From contig JBDRLB010000013.1 of NCBI GenBank assembly GCA_043813365.1, positions 1 through 29,604 of the forward strand: a stretch of DNA of 29,604 nt, given 5' to 3'. A model generated the notes under the pieces. It searched no databases and was not told the DNA's origin. It worked only from the letters and a program-made list of their open reading frames with translations. Of this stretch, positions 25,222 through 29,604 are shown one piece after another. Numbering within the stretch: the first letter of the stretch is position 1; every line of letters begins with the position of its first letter. The stretch comes from Candidatus Micrarchaeota archaeon (GTDB lineage: Archaea > Micrarchaeota > Micrarchaeia > Norongarragalinales > SBBD01). The position numbers and the translations under genes are program-made.

Positions 25222-26841
25222 TTATCCGTATTTCTTTTTGAGCTCATCCATCTTCTTATCGATTTTCTTCTCGCTTTCCAATCTTTCCAGTCCGTACTCC
25301 TTCATGTCCACGAATTTGATGAACTCCGCGAATTGGGGATGCACTTTTTTCACTTCGGAATACATTTTCTGTGCAACCCTCCTGTAATCCGGATGGCCCT
25401 GCTGCATGGAACGCAATTCCGTCAGGTGGGCGACCTCGCGGAGGTTCATCTTCATATACCATCGCATCCTGTATGCGAGCGGCACAACGTATTGTGCGAG
25501 CAACGGCTTCGTCCTTGCCATAGTTTCCCAGCAGATTTTCGCCTTTTCCATCGCCGCAATATACTCCTTTTCAAACCCTGCATCGGCAATCTCCTTTGGC
25601 ATGTCGTATCCATGCAGGCAGTTGAGAAGCTGCCTTTCCTGCGTTAGCACGCGGTGCCTGTGGAGGTCGCGGAACTGGCCGAAATTCCCCAGCACTTCAA
25701 AAGTGTAGTAAGCATTTTCAAGCGCCCTTCCGGGCTTGTGCCTCCGGTTCTGCCTTCTCTTAAGGTATTCGGTGATGATTTGTTTGCGTACTTCCGGCGG
25801 CATTTTTCCCACGATTTCCCTTACTTGTTTAAGCGGAAGGTGCAAGTGCGGGTAAAGCATTGCGGCGATTATTTTCCCCTCCGCATCCCCGTCGTAATCT
25901 ACGAGCGTCACTTCCCCCGAATCCGCAATTTTCTCCTTCCCGAATTTTTCCGCTGCCAGCATCCCCATTGCCGCATTCGTTTCCTTGAGGAAAAGCTGCG
26001 TCGCCTTCCCGTAACTGTCATTGGAGCGCTTCACAAAAGAGGGGATGATTTTTCCGAGCTCCGTTTGCATCTCCCCTGCAATGCCCGCCATTTCCGGAAG
26101 CTCGTGCGCATACATTTTCAAAATCAGGTATTCGAATGCGCGGCCGTTGCCAAATATTCCTACGTTGGTAAGCGCGGAAGCAGGCAGCAGCCCCCTTAAC
26201 ACATCGCAAACTTTGGCCCTTATGGTGCTCTGGTACGCCCTGTCGGTAACATCCTGCTCCTTCGGGAAGCGAGCGGTAAAGCACGTGCCCATCTTTTCCA
26301 TCAGATTTGAATAAGTGTCAAATAGCAAGTCGCACGTCTGCAGATACTGGTTTGCAAACTCCGATTCCAGCAGATCATTCCCCCGGTAATAGTTGTATCT
26401 GCCTTCAATTTTCTGGTTGAAGTAAACGTAGCGCGTTGATTTTTCCAAAGGAGAAAGCCCAATTCGCGAATCCTCCAAAACTTTCGAGGCAATCATGCTT
26501 ACTTGTTCGCATGCGATATGCGCCCCTCCGAGCTCAGCGACGGAGTCATCCCCGTATCCCACGAGAACACGGTCGTAGAACTCCTCCGCCTTCTGGGTTG
26601 CAATTATCTGGTTTTCCGCCCCTTTCGCCTCCCCCACAATTTCTCCGAATCCCATCTCCTTGTTCAGTATGAACTCGTCCAGCAGCACCCTTCTTAGGCT
26701 CTTGGCTGTTCTGCTATACCTGCTGAAAAGCGCGCCCATCACCACTTCCGGCATGTTCCTGAGGGCGAACACCGGCTTGTCCAGACTGGTAACGAAAGGC
26801 TCCAGCACCCGCTGCTCCTCGCTTGAAAATTCGGAAACCAT
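25222..26841 (-). CDS. thyX: FAD-dependent thymidylate synthase ThyX, tandem two-domain form
   Basis: ALFSRYSR, FYDRVLVGYGDDSVAELGGAH, LEKSTRY, DVLRGLLP, FRDLHRHR, MNLRE..HL.ELRS..QGHPDYR. Start ATG 26841. Confidence 0.93.
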   Translation of the reverse strand: MVSEFSSEEQRVLEPFVTSLDKPVFALRNMPEVVMGALFSRYSRTAKSLRRVLLDEFILNKEMGFGEIVGEAKGAENQIIATQKAEEFYDRVLVGYGDDSVAELGGAHIACEQVSMIASKVLEDSRIGLSPLEKSTRYVYFNQKIEGRYNYYRGNDLLESEFANQYLQTCDLLFDTYSNLMEKMGTCFTARFPKEQDVTDRAYQSTIRAKVCDVLRGLLPASALTNVGIFGNGRAFEYLILKMYAHELPEMAGIAGEMQTELGKIIPSFVKRSNDSYGKATQLFLKETNAAMGMLAAEKFGKEKIADSGEVTLVDYDGDAEGKIIAAMLYPHLHLPLKQVREIVGKMPPEVRKQIITEYLKRRQNRRHKPGRALENAYYTFEVLGNFGQFRDLHRHRVLTQERQLLNCLHGYDMPKEIADAGFEKEYIAAMEKAKICWETMARTKPLLAQYVVPLAYRMRWYMKMNLREVAHLTELRSMQQGHPDYRRVAQKMYSEVKKVHPQFAEFIKFVDMKEYGLERLESEKKIDKKMDELKKKYG

Positions 26842-26966
26842 AACCCCACGGCTAAAAGGTAGCATGCGAAAATTAAAAAGGAATCACTCAGGTTTTTTGG
26901 CAGCGTATGCATTACGATGCCCCCTGGCAAGAGCACCGAATTGCCTCCCCCGTAATCATGCATTAT

Positions 26967-27347
26967 TCATTTGAACCGTGCATCTCTCAATATTGAGATG
27001 ATTTTCTCCCTGTTCCTGCTGCTAGTTTCAAGCGCTCTTATTACATCCTCAGCGGAGGCTTTCATGCGGCCTTTCGGATACTTTGCAACCTGGTTTACAG
27101 CGGCAATGCTCGGCCTAACTCTAAGCCTGGAAGCAACGAGTGTTCCTAACCCTAACTGACCGATTAAAATGTTTTTTATCAATTGGATTGAGTAATTGTC
27201 CGCCGCAAATTTTCCCATACTATGATCGTTTATCGCCCCAGATGCCCCCCTGTTTTCCTTACCTCCTGCTTTACGATCCTTCTTAACCTTTCGACAACCT
27301 CTTGTTCCAAGGGAGCGTAAACCATATTTTAATTCAGCCTGTTTCAC
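26967..27347 (-). CDS. Hypothetical basic protein (start uncertain: GTG 27347 or ATG 27218)
   Basis: ORF between lrp and thyX whose GTG overlaps the lrp stop (GTGA). No recognisable family. Confidence 0.4.
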   Translation of the reverse strand: MKQAELKYGLRSLGTRGCRKVKKDRKAGGKENRGASGAINDHSMGKFAADNYSIQLIKNILIGQLGLGTLVASRLRVRPSIAAVNQVAKYPKGRMKASAEDVIRALETSSRNREKIISILRDARFK

Positions 27348-27814
27348 TTAATATTTCTTTGGTGGTTTTTCCCAATTTCCTGCAATATCACTCTCGTATT
27401 CGTCTTATCTATCCCCTTTATTGCCCTCAGCTTCCTGGTGATGAAATCATTGAGCTCGTCCGTGGAGTTCACATAAACTTTGAGCTGCAAATCCGTCCCC
27501 CCTGTAACAATTGCAACCTCGTCAACTTCCGGCATGGCGGCAAGTCTCTTCCCGATCTCCTGCTGCGAAAAATCCGGCGAAACATACGAAACCGTGATGT
27601 CCACGAACGCAGCCACGCCCTTCCCGATTTTTTTCTTATCTATTGCCGCCCTGTAGCCCCTGATCACTCCTGTGATTTCCATTTTCCTTATTCTATTATG
27701 GATCGTTGTTAGGGGAATGTTCAATTTCCTTGCCAGTTTCTTTTTCGTGATGCTCGCATCGCTTTCCAATTCCGAAATCAGCCGCAGATCAGTTTCATCC
27801 AACTCGAATTTCAT
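27344..27814 (-). CDS. Lrp/AsnC family transcriptional regulator
   Basis: LDETDLRLISELESDA.....LARKL......IHNRIRKMEITGVIRGY.A.ID and a RAM domain PEVDEVAIVTGGTDLQLKVYV...ELNDFI. Confidence 0.95.
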   Translation of the reverse strand: MKFELDETDLRLISELESDASITKKKLARKLNIPLTTIHNRIRKMEITGVIRGYRAAIDKKKIGKGVAAFVDITVSYVSPDFSQQEIGKRLAAMPEVDEVAIVTGGTDLQLKVYVNSTDELNDFITRKLRAIKGIDKTNTRVILQEIGKNHQRNIK

Positions 27815-27838
27815 ATTATCGCCATTTTAGTGAACAAT

Positions 27839-27944
27839 ATGGAAATATTTTCCATCAATGTGCTTAAAAATGCTTCTGTTTAGCAATAATTTCCATATAT
27901 TTGGAAATATCATTATATATGCGCTTCCGGAGAAATCATTCCAA
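27839..27944. promoter_or_regulatory. Cluster of semi-palindromic candidate Lrp operator boxes in the lrp/asparagine synthetase divergent promoter
   Basis: ATGGAAATATTTTCCAT (27839-27855, perfect 7-bp arms), TAGCAATAATTTCCAT (27881-27896), TTGGAAATATCATTA (27901-27915) and GGAGAAATCATTCCAA (27929-27944). Confidence 0.6.
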
Positions 27945-27950
27945 CAAATT

Positions 27951-28898
27951 ATGAAGGTGATAAAATTGTTAAGCAGGGAAATGCAGCTCGCGGTCTCAAA
28001 GCTGCAAAGCGCGGAGCTGACCGCAATTCTGGAAGTGCAATCCGCAGTTTTGCGGGAAGTGCAGACTTACATGGCGGAAAAGGGAGTGCTGCAGCTGCTG
28101 CCAGTAATGATTTCCCCGTTCACGGATCCGCTCAACCATTCCACGATGGACGGCGAGATTTCGTATTATGATGAGAAGCTCCAGATAACGAAGAGCATGA
28201 TATTGCACAAGCAGCTTTCCCTGATAGGGAAGCGCGATTCGGTTTACATAGTGTCGCCCAACGTGCGGCTAGAGACGATGGAAAAAGCAGCTACTGGAAG
28301 GCACCTGATAGAATTCTCGCAGGTTGATTTCGAGCTGAAGGGAAAAAGCGCCAGAGAGGCGATGTGTTTCACGGAGGAATTGTTCGTAAGGATTTTTTCA
28401 AAAGTGAAAGGCGAATGCAAAGAGGCACTGGAATTGCTAGGCAGGGATTTGAAAATGCCCCATGCCCCTTTTCCAGTTCATGATTCCCGTGATCTCGAAC
28501 GCGCTCTTGGTGCTGATTGGGAAAAAATCATTTCCGAACGTTCAGCGGATCCCGCATGGGTGATGAACCACGAGCGCGAATTTTATGACAAGGAGGACCC
28601 GGAAAAACCTTTTTCCTACCTGAACTACGACCTCATCTACCCCGAAGGTTACGGGGAAGCGCTTTCAGGGGGGGAAAGGGAGCACGAGTATGAAAAAATC
28701 CGGGATCGCATGAGAAGGAACAAGATGGATGCAGAGCCATTTTCGCATTATTTGGAGGTCGCAAAAGCAGGTCTGCTGCAACCTACTGCAGGCGCGGGCT
28801 TCGGCGTAGAGCGGCTTGTGCGCTTCATTACCGGAAGGAAGCACATATCTGAAGTATCGCCTTTTGCAAAGGTTCCGGGGGAGAAGTTCGTCTTCTAG
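27951..28898 (+). CDS. Archaeal-type ammonia-dependent asparagine synthetase A (AspRS/AsnRS catalytic-core paralogue lacking the anticodon-binding domain)
   Basis: LLPVMISPFTDPL, TKSMILHKQL, SPNVRLE...TGRHLIEFSQVDFE, NYDLIYPEGYGEALSGGEREHEY and PTAGAGFGVERLVRFI. Start is ATG 27951 or TTG 27966 (after AGGTGA). Confidence 0.93.
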   Translation: MKVIKLLSREMQLAVSKLQSAELTAILEVQSAVLREVQTYMAEKGVLQLLPVMISPFTDPLNHSTMDGEISYYDEKLQITKSMILHKQLSLIGKRDSVYIVSPNVRLETMEKAATGRHLIEFSQVDFELKGKSAREAMCFTEELFVRIFSKVKGECKEALELLGRDLKMPHAPFPVHDSRDLERALGADWEKIISERSADPAWVMNHEREFYDKEDPEKPFSYLNYDLIYPEGYGEALSGGEREHEYEKIRDRMRRNKMDAEPFSHYLEVAKAGLLQPTAGAGFGVERLVRFITGRKHISEVSPFAKVPGEKFVF

Positions 28899-29362
28899 AA
28901 CCTGATCAATTTCCCATCCATCCTTATTTTCCCGGAATGGTGCAGCACAAGCGCTGCGGAAATAATTGCAGGTTTGGGAAGGGGGGAGAAAAGCGGGTTG
29001 ATTCCTCTCACGAACTGTGGGGAATTTGAGATCACGGTTGCTTCCTCAATGCTGATCTCCTGCTTTTGGTTCATGGCCCTGTAGTTGCTTAACGCCTGCG
29101 TAAGCATACCCATCGCATACTCGCCTGGAATGCGGTTGTGTTTCTTCAGGGGCGCATATACGAGCATGCTTGTGTTGTGCGAGAGATGGGTGCACTCAAA
29201 ACAAAGGGTTTTCAGATTGTGTATGTTGTCAGTTCCGCCGGCTGCGCGAGGGGTGATGTGGTGGATGTTCAGCTCCACGCCGTCCTCGGCGCCTCTCCTG
29301 CAGTGGCTGCACCTGTTCTGGTCGCGCAGGAATATCCGGAACTGCATCGCTGCAGGTATCAT
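28895..29362 (-). CDS. HNH endonuclease domain protein
   Basis: IFLRDQNRCSHC...LNIHHITPRAAGGTDNIHNLKTLCFEC...H (Zn-bound HNH) followed by an unrecognised C-terminal region. Confidence 0.88.
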   Translation of the reverse strand: MIPAAMQFRIFLRDQNRCSHCRRGAEDGVELNIHHITPRAAGGTDNIHNLKTLCFECTHLSHNTSMLVYAPLKKHNRIPGEYAMGMLTQALSNYRAMNQKQEISIEEATVISNSPQFVRGINPLFSPLPKPAIISAALVLHHSGKIRMDGKLIRF

Positions 29363-29427
29363 AGTGGGTCAATAGTAGGAATACGGGCTGATTTTTTAAG
29401 CTAAGCACTGAAAGAGTTCCGATACTC

Positions 29428-29604
29428 ATGTGGGTCGCAGAATTCAAGGTGTGGCATGAGACAAGCGAAACGATGAAGCTTACTGCGAAGTATGATGTTG
29501 TCGTCACGAGCATTTACCTGAACGAATACAAGAAGGGCGGTAAAACCTATGTCACAAAGGCTCTTGCGGTTTACGGCCCGGATTGGAGGGAATATGTTGC
29601 CATG
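29428..29604 (+). CDS. 5' part of a hypothetical protein, possibly an archaeal regulator with a C-terminal HTH beyond the window
   Basis: Hand-translated, open to the window edge: MWVAEFKVWHETSETMKLTAKYDVVVTSIYLNEYKKGGKTYVTKALAVYGPDWREYVAM. A TATA-like TTTTTTAA at 29392-29399 lies upstream. The function is a recollection of similar MWV.KFK.WH N-termini and is unverified. Confidence 0.6.
   Translation, partial: MWVAEFKVWHETSETMKLTAKYDVVVTSIYLNEYKKGGKTYVTKALAVYGPDWREYVAM

Noticed and set aside
309..26199. Many long antisense or alternate-frame ORFs (for example 309-800, 6919-7506, 12510-13178, 17843-18421, 25654-26199)
   Set aside because: They are shadows of well-supported genes on the opposite strand and have no recognisable motifs.
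21292..29604. Island attached to the 3' end of tRNA-Leu
   Set aside because: No att-like repeat or recombinase was seen, and the downstream genes (csp, thyX, asparagine synthetase) look like housekeeping genes.

Overview
A gene-dense archaeal chromosomal window, most likely from a DPANN lineage such as Micrarchaeota or Iainarchaeota. That placement is inferred from class III signal peptides, an archaeal AspRS-derived asparagine synthetase, tRNAs without encoded CCA, TATA-like boxes about 24 nt before start codons and GGTGA-type SD motifs. From left to right it contains: (1) a redox/Fe-S cluster in which an HxlR regulator heads sufC-sufB-sufD, divergent from an Fe/Mn SOD, with a BCP peroxiredoxin, a HIT hydrolase and a YyaL-like protein nearby; (2) two adjacent paralogous giant pilin-like surface proteins (1100 and 765 aa) that share an N-terminal stalk (class III signal peptide, 10-Cys module, about 90-aa 4-Cys repeat) but carry unrelated C-terminal heads, preceded by a GNAT and a membrane-anchored single-HKD PLD; (3) accessory genes: MscS, an orphan Imm5-like protein, a DUF2330-like protein and an ArsR-Trx-ArsP operon with its operator palindrome; (4) tRNA-Glu(CTC), PduO, tRNA-Leu(CAG), a Yip1/7-blade propeller fusion, a cold-shock protein, a 38-aa Cys4 microprotein missing from the ORF track, a tandem-domain ThyX, an Lrp/asparagine synthetase divergon with candidate operator boxes, and an HNH protein. 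I saw no CRISPR array, rRNA, transposase or integrase. The best candidate for an undescribed system is the modular conserved-stalk/swapped-head pilin-like adhesin pair. All family assignments come from motif recognition by eye, not database searches.
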